From Dimorphilus gyrociliatus (lineage: Eukaryota > Animalia > Annelida), in contig CAJFCJ010000096.1 in assembly GCA_904063045.1 (NCBI GenBank), forward strand, positions 2,195 through 66,194: a DNA stretch of 64,000 nucleotides. The letters run 5' to 3'. Below are positions 10,017 to 21,508 of this stretch, one piece after another. The position numbers and the translations under genes were made by a program. The notes under the pieces were generated by a model. The model did no database searches, had not been told where the DNA came from, and worked only from the letters and a program-made list of their open reading frames with translations. Numbering within the stretch: the first letter of the stretch is position 1; each line of letters opens with the position of its first letter.

Positions 10017-10946
10017 ATGAAATATCAATCACAAATTAGAGACCTAGCAAGGCGGAAAAAAGGTGAAATGACCTACAAAGAACTTGAGGCAGACTTGAAA
10101 ATCTCAAAACTTTCACTCCAGTATATCTGTGAGAACAAAAGAGAAGGAAAACCTGACAGAAGGGGAAGACCACCCAAAGCCAATGACAGAGTGAAGACAT
10201 TGATTAAGAGAGAGTGTATAAGATTGCAGGAAAACAAAGAGTTGGCAACTGCTGAAAAAATTAAGGATAATTTAAGCCTGGATGTTTCTGAAAGAACCAT
10301 TCTGAGGATTCTAAATAAAAATAGAGCAAAGTATCTGTCTATTTTGAAGGTATGCCCTTTGTCAGCAAGAGCAAAAAGCACACAGTTAAGTATACTTGGT
10401 AGATGGGTTCAGAGCCAAATTGAATACAAAAAAGTTGGCAAATATGCAAAAAAAACTTTTAAAGAGGCAAATGGTTCCCTAAATATATGGGGTTTTATAA
10501 AAAGTGATGGCAGCAGAGGTTTATATAAAAGTAATTTAAATTTGGAGAAATATCGAGAAATTCTTGATAAATCTGTTTTAGAGAATTATAATAGAGACCA
10601 TGTATTCGTACAGGATAGTGCTCCATGCCATACATCAAGGGGTACCTTGAGGTATCCAAATGAAAAGAACATAAGGCACTTGGAAGACTGGACAGACCAG
10701 AGTCCAGACCTAAATCCTATTGAAAATTTATGGTCATACCTAAAAGGAAGGGTTGGTAAACATATGTGCACAAATATAGATGATCTATGGAGGGCAACAC
10801 AGCAAGAATTCAACAATATGAATATGTTGAAAAATTGTTTAATAGTTTTAGAAAGAGGCTACAGATGTGTCTTTTCAATAAGGTTGTCATACTAATATCT
10901 AAACTAAAAATTTTACGAGGTGGCTGGGGACTTTTTGCCCATACTG
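10017..10946 (+). mobile_element. Tc1-like transposon, defective transposase with right terminal repeat
   Basis: 292-aa ORF with N-terminal HTH-like part, GRPPK, QDSAPCH and QSPDLNPIENLW. The first catalytic Asp region appears deleted. Ends ...ggggactttttgcccatactg|TA. Left end not found. Confidence 0.88.
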
Positions 10947-11069
10947 TATATATATAACTTTACATAGTCATCATAATTGTTAAATTGACATTTATAAAAA
11001 AAGGAGAGTTGCTTCTTGTAACAACAATGGGTTTATCTTCTCTCAAAAATTTATGATAAATTCCTAAAG

Positions 11070-11280
11070 AAGAGAAGAGAGTATATTAAATTATATTCTC
11101 CTATTATCTCAGATTAGAGCCATAACTCTGTCCTTATTTTCATTGTTACTGGCTGTTCTTGGGCGTCCTGGTCTCTCTTCATCAAGAATATTTGTTCTTC
11201 CTCCTTTAAATTCTCTAACCCACTTTCTTATTGAACCTTCACTAAGTGTTGTACTACCAGAAAAAGCTTTCATCATCCAT
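11070..11280 (-). mobile_element. mariner-like transposase N-terminal (HTH) remnant
   Basis: Minus-strand translation SEGSIRKWVREFKGGRTNILDEERPGRPRTA, the typical mariner HTH/GRP motif. Confidence 0.8.
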
Positions 11281-11395
11281 TAACAATGAAACTGTACCTA
11301 ACAGTTTCTAATAGAACTTGTTTTACTTTTCTTGCCAGCTTCCATTTAGGAAGTTTTTGTGGGCCAAATAACTTTACGCATGCAAATAAATATCC
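11281..11395 (-). pseudogene. Deleted duplicate of the NACHT-caspase gene 5' region
   Basis: 11281-11366 matches 7289-7373 (intron plus exon 2 end) and is joined directly to 11367-11395, which matches about 8771-8796. Confidence 0.7.
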
Positions 11396-11679
11396 TTTTG
11401 AGAAACTTTATGTTAGTTTTTTAGTTATCCCCACTAACCTTTACAATTTACAATTGTTGAAAACCATAGAGTTCATTTATAAATAAAAAAAGGATTTTTA
11501 AAAGTCAAATGTTTTCATTATCATAATGTCTAAATCCAAAAACACAAACACTACCTATAAATAATAAGATAGGAATGAATACTTGACTATCTACCTGTTC
11601 ATTCCGAGTTTTTGCATATAATCAAGTTTTATTTAAAAAAAATTTCTATTGCTGTTGTCACATATCCATTCGTGGAAGA

Positions 11680-12362
11680 ATGAAACTGTTATTTCAAAGT
11701 TTTTCCTATATTATCATATTTTTTCAATACTTTACTGAACAAGAACTTCTTGGTTTTAAACAGTATGAGAATGAGGTTGTTGAACCTAATGTAAGATTCA
11801 GTGTTCCTGAATGGAGTGGAGATAATTTTAAAGTTATTTCAATTGAGGAATGTTTTGCTGTTTGCAATTCCTATGAAGAATGCAAGTAAGTTAATTCGTG
11901 ACAGAAACAAAAAAGTACTAAATATATTTGGAATTTTTTAGGGCAATTGATTATAAAATGGCAACAAAACGTTGTCATTTAAAGAGTTCATATACAGGCA
12001 AGAGCTATCGTGATAACTTTGTATTATTTGTGAAAGATACACAACCTCAATTATCGGACAACTTTTATCATATTTGGGAGAATAAGGTAGTTGTTTCAGA
12101 CCCACCCTTTGTTTCTCCCATATGGAATACTGATTATAAAGCAGTAAGTCTTGATGTCTGTTTAAAAGAATGTAATTTGCATTCCGGATGCAAGTCAGTA
12201 ATATTTTTCTGTTCCATTATGAATACAATTTATATAACTATTCTTTTCAGAGCTATTGATTATGTTTTGGCATCTAGAAATTGCTCTTTAAAAACTCAAT
12301 ATACAAACTACAAATTCTTTGAAGCAGGTCTACTCTACATAAAAGGTGCTTTTTGTAAATAA
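11680..12362 (+). CDS. Secreted PAN/apple-domain protein (at least 3 exons, 2 PAN-like domains); 3' end uncertain
   Basis: Hydrophobic N-terminus. EECFAVCNSYEECK|AIDY...KRCHLK and VCLKECNLHSGCK|AIDY...RNCSLK give the PAN C-x3-C-x5-C...C pattern across short GT-AG introns. Confidence 0.72.
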
Positions 12363-13189
12363 TAATTCAATGATTGAAACTTTTTCCTACATTTCCTAAC
12401 ATTTCATAAAAGTAACGTTATCAATAATTCATTTGACATTTTTATCAAAAGAAAATAGTTCAGACAAGGGCTACTGATATGCAAGTGGTAATATATCAGG
12501 GTTAGGGTTTTTTTTTCATAAAATTTATACTTCACATTTCAATTTTTGGGGTTTCTGGTTGAGCAGTAGAAGACCAGTAAAATATTTGGGGAATGCTAAC
12601 TGTAAAATATGCGATGAAAATGATTTGGCTTATCCAGTTGAGCTATTTAGTGATCGTAGAAATTCCCTAAAAGGGTTTAATAAGGTAAGAGAGTAGAAGA
12701 TAATCTTTTTTCAATCTTAATTCTGTAAAGATAAATCTTTTCTCTAAATATAGACATTTGTTCCCCGAAAAGGTCAAACACTTCATCTATATCATGTTCA
12801 TTTAAGACATAGTTGCCAATTAACTGAAGAAAATGGTACTTTAATAACAAAATATGATGGTTTACCAAAGATAGCACTTTCTTGTTCAGCGAATTATGAA
12901 AGATTCTATTTGAAAATTGATGCAGTTCTCTTAGGTTTCTTTTTTCTTCAACTTAAATAATACATTGAGTAATTATCTCTCATTGGCTCTATTATAATTT
13001 CAGTTGAATGTAAACTTTCCAATGTCTGCCTATCATCAACCAATTCCATAAAGCTGTCTATCCACTTTTATGATGTACAAAATATGATAGAACTGTTTAA
13101 CGTTTAACCTCTATAGTATCACTAAATCCTATTAGCATTATTATAAAAAACAATTGGTTTGAGAATTTCTTAACAGAATTTCAATTTCA

Positions 13190-13780
13190 AAATGGCGTCC
13201 TTAGATCTTTGATAAAATTATATGAAGTTGGAGTCTATGATAATACATCTGATAGGAACTAATCCCAGAATGATTGGATTATACTAAACTTCAGGTGAGA
13301 TAATGTGAGGCAGGAATTTATAGTTGAATAATTTATTTGCAAAGCGATCCATTAAATTTTTTCTTTTACTTTTAAAATAATCATTTGTAACACAAATAAG
13401 AAATATAGTGTGGGATAGATCTAGCAATCCTTGTTCAAGTAAAGCAACATTTTATGTTTATATTGAATAGGGTGATAAAATAGAGACAATTGAAAGCACT
13501 ACTAAATTAGAAGAAACTCAACATTTAGCTACTGATAAACAATTTATCACTACAAGAAATTTAAATGAATTTCAACCAGATTCATCAGATTACAAAACTG
13601 AATCAGCAGATATGGTTACAGAAAATCACATAGCTATTCAACAAGGCTATCACAGTTATTTAATTATTGGTATTAGTAGCTCAACTGCTTCAATAATTAT
13701 TGCCTTAATTTCAATTCTATACACAGTTTATCAAAAAAAAAGTAGTTTTAATTCAAAAAGAAATTTTAGTATAAATTGAG
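13190..13780 (+). pseudogene. Decayed gene ending in a Thr/Glu-rich stalk and a transmembrane helix
   Basis: 13471-13780 reads GDKIETIESTT...YLIIGISSSTASIIIALISILYTVYQKK...*. The same frame upstream has in-frame stops. Confidence 0.35.
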
Positions 13781-13843
13781 TTGATATTTTAGAAAATTTA
13801 TTATTTGCTATAAAAATTTCCGTCTTCTGTTCAACAACAAAAC

Positions 13844-14802
13844 ATGAAGTTGACTGAAGCGTTTGCTTTATTATTAAGCTGTGTAATCTGCTTTATATCA
13901 GGTGGAGAGAGAATAAGAGATTTTGAATTTTTTTCATATTTTATGTCTATCTATTCAATTAATTCATTATTTCTCTATTTTAAGTTGAAGGACAAGATCT
14001 TTTTGGATTTAATGTCATCTCTGATAAAATTTCGTCGTAAACTTCTTTTGAAAATTCAGTTAAAAGTTTAAACAGTTGTCTTCAAAATGCTGCCTTTATA
14101 GCCAATCGAAATGCTATTATTTTTATGGAGGTAATGAGAATAATTTAAAATCCCAAATAGGAGCTAAAACATATTTCAGAAATATGGACATTTAGTCTCT
14201 AAACATAAAAATTTGAAATATTCAATATTCACTGTCAAAACAAACAAACAATCAACAGAAATGCTACCATATTATAATTGATCAAAGATGCTCTGCGGGA
14301 AAAGATATGAAAATTATATCTAATGGCACAGTGGAGAAATGCTCGAATTATTGTGCTAACAACAGTCAATGCCTTGGTTTTTCAATCAATTATAAGAGAA
14401 AGATCTGCTGGAACAAGCATACAGTAAAGAGCTCATTCCTTTTTACTGATAGACCAAACAATTCATTTTTTCGGAAAAATGTTAAGAGTTTGTATTACAA
14501 CTTTTTTATTTTTTTCTCTGATTCTACTCTATTCCTTTCTCCAACCAGATTTCCCAATCAGAGGCTTTACCAAACTTGACTATTCATTTACAATTAGAAA
14601 TTATGATGCTGTTGTACACGATGGAAGAGATTTTTCCAAATGCCCAAGTGAATGTGAAAAAAGGAGTTGGTGCGTAGGATTCCAAATATATTATAATACA
14701 TGCCGACTTGTTAAAACTGTACTCTACCCTGTGCACTCTTTTGACAAGCCATTATTCATGAGAAATACAAAACGAAGCTCTTGGCAGAATAAATTCAAAT
14801 AA
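13844..14802 (+). pseudogene. Second PAN/apple-domain gene with apparent disablements
   Basis: Signal-like MKLTEAFALLLSCVICFISG; PAN motifs CSNYCANNSQCLGF and CPSECEKRSWCVGF. In-frame TAA at about 14038 and a frameshift near 14270 in my splice model. Confidence 0.55.
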
Positions 14803-14953
14803 TTCAATTTATCTGAAAAATATTAATATAGTAAAAGCAAGTCTAATACAACTGCAGTGAAATTTCAGAAATACTAAGTCTCTCATTTTTTGTTAAACCT
14901 AAAAGGTTATACTGTAATTGCGTCAAAATTATGCAAACTTTTTTTGCAGTTTT

Positions 14954-17092
14954 TTAAAATTCTATTTGAATTTTTGAGAAATTTTTAAACATGTTCAAAA
15001 CTCTTTTACATTCCTCCTCATTCAAATTACAACCAAGGAAATTAATTTCCTTTAAAGCGTTTGCAGATTGAACAAGTCCACTGCAAATATCAAATAATCC
15101 ATTTCCCATCTGTTGATTTCGTTTTAAATTAATTATCTCTAATTTAAAACAATATTTTAACAGATTTCCAATTTGTTTACACTGTTCTTCATTTAGATTG
15201 CAACCGAGAAAATCCATTTCCTTCAAATGACTGGAGGATTTGATAAGTCCACTGCAAATTTCAAATAATCCATTTCCCATCTGTTGATTTCGTTTTAAAT
15301 TTATTACTTCTATTCTGGAGCAATTTTTCAAAAGATTTCCAATTATTCTGCATTCTTCTTCATTTAAATTGCAGTCTAGAAAGTTAACAACCCTCAAATT
15401 GTTTGCAGATTGAACGAGTCCGCTGCAAATATCAAATAATCCATTTCCCATATTTCCATTACCTCCAAAATGGATTTTTTCAATGTTGGAACAATATTCA
15501 AACAATTTTCCAATCTTTCTGCATTGTTGCTCATTCAGATCACACCAAAGAAAATTTATCTCTTTTAAAGAATTTGACGATTGAAGGAGTACTTTACAAA
15601 TATCAAATAATCCATTTCCCATTTGTTGATTCCATTCAAAATTGATTGTTTCTATATTTGAACAATTTTCAAATAGATTTCCAATCATTTTACATTCATT
15701 TTCATTTAAATTACACCAGAAAAATATCACATGTTTTAAAGAATTCGATGATTGGACGAGTCCATTGCAAATATTTGATAGACCATTTCCCATATTTTCA
15801 TTTCCTCCGATATTAATGGTTTCAATTTTTGAACAACGTTTGAGTAGTTTGCCAATATGCTTACAATGTTCTTCATTTAAATTACACCAAATAAAATTCA
15901 AATCCTTCAAAGTGCTCACAGCTTGTTCAAGTCCATCGCAAATCTGTAATAATCCATTTTCCATCATTAGATTTCCACCAAGATGAATTGTCTCTAATTG
16001 AGAGCATTTTTTAAACAATTTTCCAACCATTCTATTTTGTTCATCATTCAAATTACAACTAAAAAGGTTGATATTTTTCAAAGTATTGAATGATTGTTCA
16101 AGTCCATTGCAAATGTTAAAAAATCCATTATCCATTGTTTTATTATATCCAAGATTGATACTTTCAATGGTTGAGCAATGTTTCAAGAGATTTCCAATTT
16201 TAATGCTCAATTCCTTTTCTAAATTGCAGCAATTCTCCAAATTAACATTTACTGTTTTATGCTTAGAAAGTTGTATAGTTTTCCAGATTATTCTCAATTC
16301 TTTCTCTCCAACAAATCTCTTTGACAAGTCAATCAAATTTGATGAATTTTTTATTTTATCTTCATCAGTCTGCTGACAGGAATTTTCCGTTTGAATTTCC
16401 AATAAATTTCCAGCAATATCAATACTTTTCATAACATTGGAATTATTTTGAATATGGCAATTTATTTGTATATTTTCAACAATTTGTATTTCTAACTTTT
16501 TAAAATTATGTAAAAAATCTTCAACTTCAATATTTTCATTAAAAATTGAATTATAATATTTCTGTCTTGTTTTATTTGTATTTTTAATGATTTTTCTAAT
16601 ATTTTGAAATTCATTTTGAAGTTTTGCTGTTGCTTTTTTCTCGTGTTCATCAATTTTTCTTTGAAGATTTTCTTCATTCTCTGTTTCTTCTTTAAGGAAA
16701 TTTTCAATTTGTTGTTTTCTGCTTTCAAATTTTGACATTGAAAAAATTTTGCAATTTTTATGATCTTTATCTAAACATTTTAGGCATATATTTTCAATAT
16801 TTTCAGTTTGACAATAGAGTAATAATTCCTCTTGATGAATTTTACACAAATTATTGCCTATAGATGGCGGTAGTTGTATTGAAGGTTTAAAAAAACTTTT
16901 TGGTAATTTGTTTACCTGATTTCCAGGTATTCTTCCAGTTTCTATGCACTGAGGACAAATAATTTCAAAATTTCTTCTTTCTAATCTATCTATGCATTTT
17001 AAACAAATCACATGTTGACAAAACAGAAATACAGATTCATCATCTTTCCAAATATCTAAACAATTTACGCACTGTAGTTCATTGGTAGCCAT
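14954..17092 (-). CDS. TRIM-like E3 ligase: RING-HC + B-box 2 + coiled coil + about seven 57-aa NLR-type LRR double repeats; intronless
   Basis: C3HC4 RING CVNC...CQHVICLKC...CPQC; B-box CKIHQEELLLYC...ICLKCLDKDH; K/E/Q-rich helix; then repeats of the same family as 2203-3918. Start context ttcaaaATGG. Confidence 0.92.
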   Translation of the reverse strand: MATNELQCVNCLDIWKDDESVFLFCQHVICLKCIDRLERRNFEIICPQCIETGRIPGNQVNKLPKSFFKPSIQLPPSIGNNLCKIHQEELLLYCQTENIENICLKCLDKDHKNCKIFSMSKFESRKQQIENFLKEETENEENLQRKIDEHEKKATAKLQNEFQNIRKIIKNTNKTRQKYYNSIFNENIEVEDFLHNFKKLEIQIVENIQINCHIQNNSNVMKSIDIAGNLLEIQTENSCQQTDEDKIKNSSNLIDLSKRFVGEKELRIIWKTIQLSKHKTVNVNLENCCNLEKELSIKIGNLLKHCSTIESINLGYNKTMDNGFFNICNGLEQSFNTLKNINLFSCNLNDEQNRMVGKLFKKCSQLETIHLGGNLMMENGLLQICDGLEQAVSTLKDLNFIWCNLNEEHCKHIGKLLKRCSKIETINIGGNENMGNGLSNICNGLVQSSNSLKHVIFFWCNLNENECKMIGNLFENCSNIETINFEWNQQMGNGLFDICKVLLQSSNSLKEINFLWCDLNEQQCRKIGKLFEYCSNIEKIHFGGNGNMGNGLFDICSGLVQSANNLRVVNFLDCNLNEEECRIIGNLLKNCSRIEVINLKRNQQMGNGLFEICSGLIKSSSHLKEMDFLGCNLNEEQCKQIGNLLKYCFKLEIINLKRNQQMGNGLFDICSGLVQSANALKEINFLGCNLNEEECKRVLNMFKNFSKIQIEF

Positions 17093-18289
17093 TTTGAAGC
17101 TGTCTGCTCGATAAGAAAATATTTACTTTTCCTACCATTTTAAATTTAAAAAAAAGAAATAAACAGTATTGCATTTAATTGTTTTGTAATTAATTAATTT
17201 TTGTTAATATTGTTGTTGGTATTTTTAAACTATTTAAAAAATATCGTATTGACAGAAAGTAATCAATTAACAGATTACACAGAGATTATATCACTAGAAT
17301 TGAAGGATGATACAGTTGAGGTCTGCCTAAAATATGTTATCAGGTTCAAAATCTATGAAAATTTTATAGATATTTTATATTTTTTTTAGTATAACTGAAA
17401 TCTTAATTCTTTTAACTCCATTTCAGAATTTTTCTTCCCTGAACCTAACCAATCCAATCTAACCTTAGCCTAAAAGTGTTGGTTTTGATACAATTCCTTG
17501 GTGTTTTGCTCTTGAGTTCACTTTGTCTGTTATTGCAATTTTTTATTTCTTTATAAACTCAATAGTAGCTCCATCTATCAAGGGCTAACATTCTGCTGTA
17601 GGCTTAGAAAAATGTTAATTTTATTCATTTATGTTGATATTAAGACCAAAGTGAAGGTCTAATTTTTAGCCTTCTTGTAGTTGATAGTAACTCAACAGTG
17701 GCTCCATCTGTCATAATAAAATTATATTTTTATATAATTCTAACAAAAAGTGATATCACTACACGAGTTTACTCTAAAGGTCTTTTGTCAGAAACCAAAG
17801 CAAAATTATTGAATATGTTCGAAGTAGCAGTAAAATTGCACGATCTACTGCAAAGTAGCTAAAACAATTATTCTTACAAACAATGAGAGAGCAAGCGAGG
17901 CAAAAAGATTTAAATATTTAAAAATCTTTTTTATGAATGTAATTAAACCTTTAACAAATGTTTTTCTTTAGTGTTGGTTTGTAACAGATAAATATTTAAT
18001 GAGCATGTATAAAAGTCAATATTAATATTTATTTTTCTATAAAATATCAATAGAATATCCAAATAAACTGCAAATTCTTATATTTTGAACAATTGATAGA
18101 AGAGAAATGCAGATTAATAAAGCTTTCATATGCTTTTCATCAATTTTTTACATACAATCCCAGAGAGAGAGAGAAAGAGAGTGTAAGAGAATTATTTTCA
18201 AAAGATCTATCGTATTTGTCATGTTGAAAGATATTTTCATTTTTCTTCAATTAGCAAGTTTGTTTTGTTTGTTTTTCTCACTTTAAAAA

Positions 18290-20046
18290 ATGTTCTTATT
18301 AATTTTACTGTTTTTGCTGTTTGTCGACAGTACATATGTACTCTTTGCCAAGTGAAGAGGATAATCTCATTAGAAATAATCCTTCTTATCAAAGTACAAC
18401 AAATCTCGGCTCGTTAATTAACGTTTATTGGGCTTATAAGGCCAATGACGATAGGATTTTTTTTGGCCATGTTAATAATATATACGAAGGTAGTTATACA
18501 AGCAGAAACATTCCTGAAAAAAGTTGGTGGATGGTTGATCTTCGTAATTCTTATGAAGTAACGTCTGTTTGCGTTGCGAATAGAGCTGAAGATGGACACT
18601 ATAGTACTCAAATCTTTAACATATACGTCAAAAATGCCATTTATTTTCTTTGATTTTTTTTGTAGATGATTATTTAAAAAGTTTTAAAATATTCACAAAA
18701 CTTCATCCGAACGATAATGAAGGTAAATATTGCAATGAACGTGGATCTACACCAATACCAAAGGCTATACACAATCCGGAAGTAGATTATGTATGTTTCG
18801 ATTGTCCATCAAATCCAACTGGATCATTTGTTGAAATAATACAAACTATAGTCGGCAGCCATTTTGGTATGTGTGATGTTAAAATCTTTGGAAATTTAAA
18901 ATCGGAGAGAGGTAAAAAAGTAATAAAAAACTGCAAAAAAAAATTATTCCAGTTCTTTTTTTTATGTGTTTTGGCCAGACTTTCAAGTAATCGATCTATC
19001 AAATTCAAAATTATTTGAAAACCATTTAAATATCAATCATTTAAGAGATTTCAATCTGGCGACTGAGTTTGAGAAGTCATCTTCAAAAGATATATTTTTT
19101 AGAATTGATTTTCAGAGTATTATAAAAGTTAAAGGATTAATGATAATTGGTTCCCAATATGATGGTAAGTAAAAACAAAGGATTTAATGGTGTTTTCTGC
19201 CAAAAATTCAAATTTGAATTTGTTTTAGATTCTGAGATGAAATTTACCAATGTCTATATTTCTGTTAGCAACACACCACATACAACTTTTAATAGAAATC
19301 TTGTATTTCTTATTGAAAATTATATTCCAAATGTATTTGCCAAGTATAAAACTCATAAATTGTTTTCAAATACCACCGTTTCGGGAAGATATTTACTTAT
19401 GAATATTTATAATCCCAATGTATTGGATTTTAAAATATCTATGACAGAGCTCACCGTTTATGGACATACTGTTGGTCAAATTAGAGGTTCAAAACTTCAC
19501 GCCTACTGACCTATATATTTGAAAAATTTCTTCTTTCCAGAAAGCAGAAATAATATAAAAACTATTACTTATAAATCTTCAGATGTTACCGCTATACTTA
19601 CTGATAGTGTATACAATAACAATGGAGTTGGTGATCACGTGACACTCACAAAAGACGATAAACTTTTTATAGTACCAGCATTCACATCAATTTTAACAAT
19701 TTGTTTAACGCGTAAGTAGGATTTATGTGGAAGAGAAAAAATAATCAAAAATTTCACTCTTTTTCTATTTACAGTATTAAATAACCAAACAACTGAAGGA
19801 TTTCAATTGATAGTCATGAAATTAAATAATGAAATTGAAAAAAACTTAACAATACCTGGAAATTATTCAACTTATCAAACTCTATGTGTAAATAATATAA
19901 GAATAGTTGAAACGACAGTTGAAATTTTATCTTTGGATGACAATCAAAAGTTATCTGAAATTGATTTCATAGATTTACATGGTGAGATTGTTCAATTTTT
20001 CAAATTATTATTATTCATTTTGTCACATCTAGATATTATTTTTTAA
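18290..20046 (+). CDS. Tandem F-type lectin / F5-8 type C (galactose-binding fold) domain protein, multi-exon
   Basis: YQSTT...A.D...SWWMVDLRNSYEVTSVCVANR...C...GSFVEI..CDVKIFG fits the FTP/fucolectin fold. Further exons (RIDFQSIIKVKGLMI, GRYLLM..MTELTVYG) look like additional copies. The signal-peptide ATG near 18290 appears out of frame with ORF 18321. Confidence 0.65.
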
Positions 20047-20374
20047 AATTAAGTAGTACAGCTCATAATTTTTTAAATTTCCAATTTTTTTCAAATATAC
20101 ACAAAAACATTCAGAGTTCGAGGTTAAGGTAAGAGGTACATGTTTTTAAAGAAACAAATAATTAAGTAAGTATACTTTGACAACATTTTATAATTACATT
20201 AAAAGATTATTTCACCCCTCTGCTTCCAAATATGATAATTTCACTAGATTTTTTTTGTTCTGACAAAGATATTGTACAACTTTGGTAATATTTAACATGC
20301 TTAAACTCTATTATTTTATGCAACTCATACATGTACATCTTAAAAGATATATATCTGATTAGTCAGCTTGAAGG

Positions 20375-20470
20375 CTCATCCTTAATTACCAGTTAAGGTT
20401 TGGCCAAGTTATAGTTCAATTAACCTTCCTAAATGTTGAACCTTGTAACATCCTGTTACTGAAGATAAAA
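20375..20470. repeat. Dispersed repeat fragment, second copy at about 45415-45512; related motif ttataacttggcc repeated at 47370-47500
   Basis: Shared agttaaggtttggccaagttata...cctaaatgttgaaccttg.aacatcctgttact.aagataaa. Confidence 0.75.
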
Positions 20471-20831
20471 GTCCTTTCCAATCATTTTTCAACTTATCAA
20501 GGTACTCACACAAATAGAATCTTTCAATTTTATTTGGCGAAGAAAATTTTAATAAATCAAACATTTTTTTTTTCAGAGTGTAATTTTTGTTCTTTAAATG
20601 AGAATCTAGAATGATTTTTAAATATTTTTAAAACTACATTTTAAGTTTAAATTTCTAGAAAAGAACAGAAACAGGTAAAGTACAAAAGTTTTTGTTAGTT
20701 AAAAATATGTTGAGGATTTTCTGGAATAACTTGTTCAAAGAGTTTTGAAATTCTAACCAATCCAATGGAATATACAGTATTATAAAGTATCACGGGTAGG
20801 AGGATAAGCCTCTTCTGAATGTATTTTCCCT

Positions 20832-21508
20832 CTATTTAAGACTGACTTTAATAACTGAAAAATATACAAATGATGAAAAATTCAAAAGAAAACAATTCTT
20901 CTAAATACCTTCCAAATAAAAAATTCTATAAATTCAATAAGTGTGATGACAGAAGCTCCTAAAAGTAGTCCCAAAAAACCACCAACCTCTGAGAGAAAGG
21001 ATAAAAAACCAAATTTCTCCTGTTGAATAACCCTTTGATAGCTCATTTCATTGTAGAAAACATCAACTTTTGCAAAGTTCTTTCTGTTGAAAAATTCATT
21101 TAAAAAGTCAAATTAAGAAGAAAAGAGAGCGAGAGAGAAATCTTACAGGAAAAAATCTTTATCTATCTTGGATTTTTTGGAGAATTCAAACATCATAGCT
21201 TGAAGATTATTGTAATCGTATAAAATTTCATAGAATACTTTTGGAGAAATATTAGGAGATTTAAATGCGTGCTTCAGCATATCAATAGTGAAAAAGTAAA
21301 AACAATCACTCCATATATGTTTATAATAGATGTGAAAATTTTGAATTGAGCAGTTCTGACTAATTTTATATTCATTTTTCTTCTGATTAAATAACCAATG
21401 AAAATTTTCCATTTTTCTATAAAGAATACTTTTATTATTTTCATCTCTTTCTGNGTCCGGATTAGGCAAAATTAAAAATTTAAGTAGATAAACTGATTTG
21501 CAGTCCAA
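20832..21508 (-). CDS. DEG/ENaC (ASIC-like) channel, 3' exons only; probable truncated gene or pseudogene
   Basis: Exon 21083-20832 reads NFAKVDVFYNEMSYQRVIQQEKFGFLSFLSEVGGFLGLLLGASVITLIEF (TM2 with GG-x-LGL and GAS filter). It splices in phase to the exon ending at about 21147. Contains an N at 21454. Confidence 0.8.

Noticed and set aside
12677-12877. 66-aa minus-strand ORF
   Set aside because: No motif, and no splice-consistent extension found.
17201-17389. Short hydrophobic-start ORF divergent from the TRIM gene
   Set aside because: TTG start, AT-rich and without motif; could be chance.
21454-21454. Single N base
   Set aside because: Assembly ambiguity, not a biological feature.
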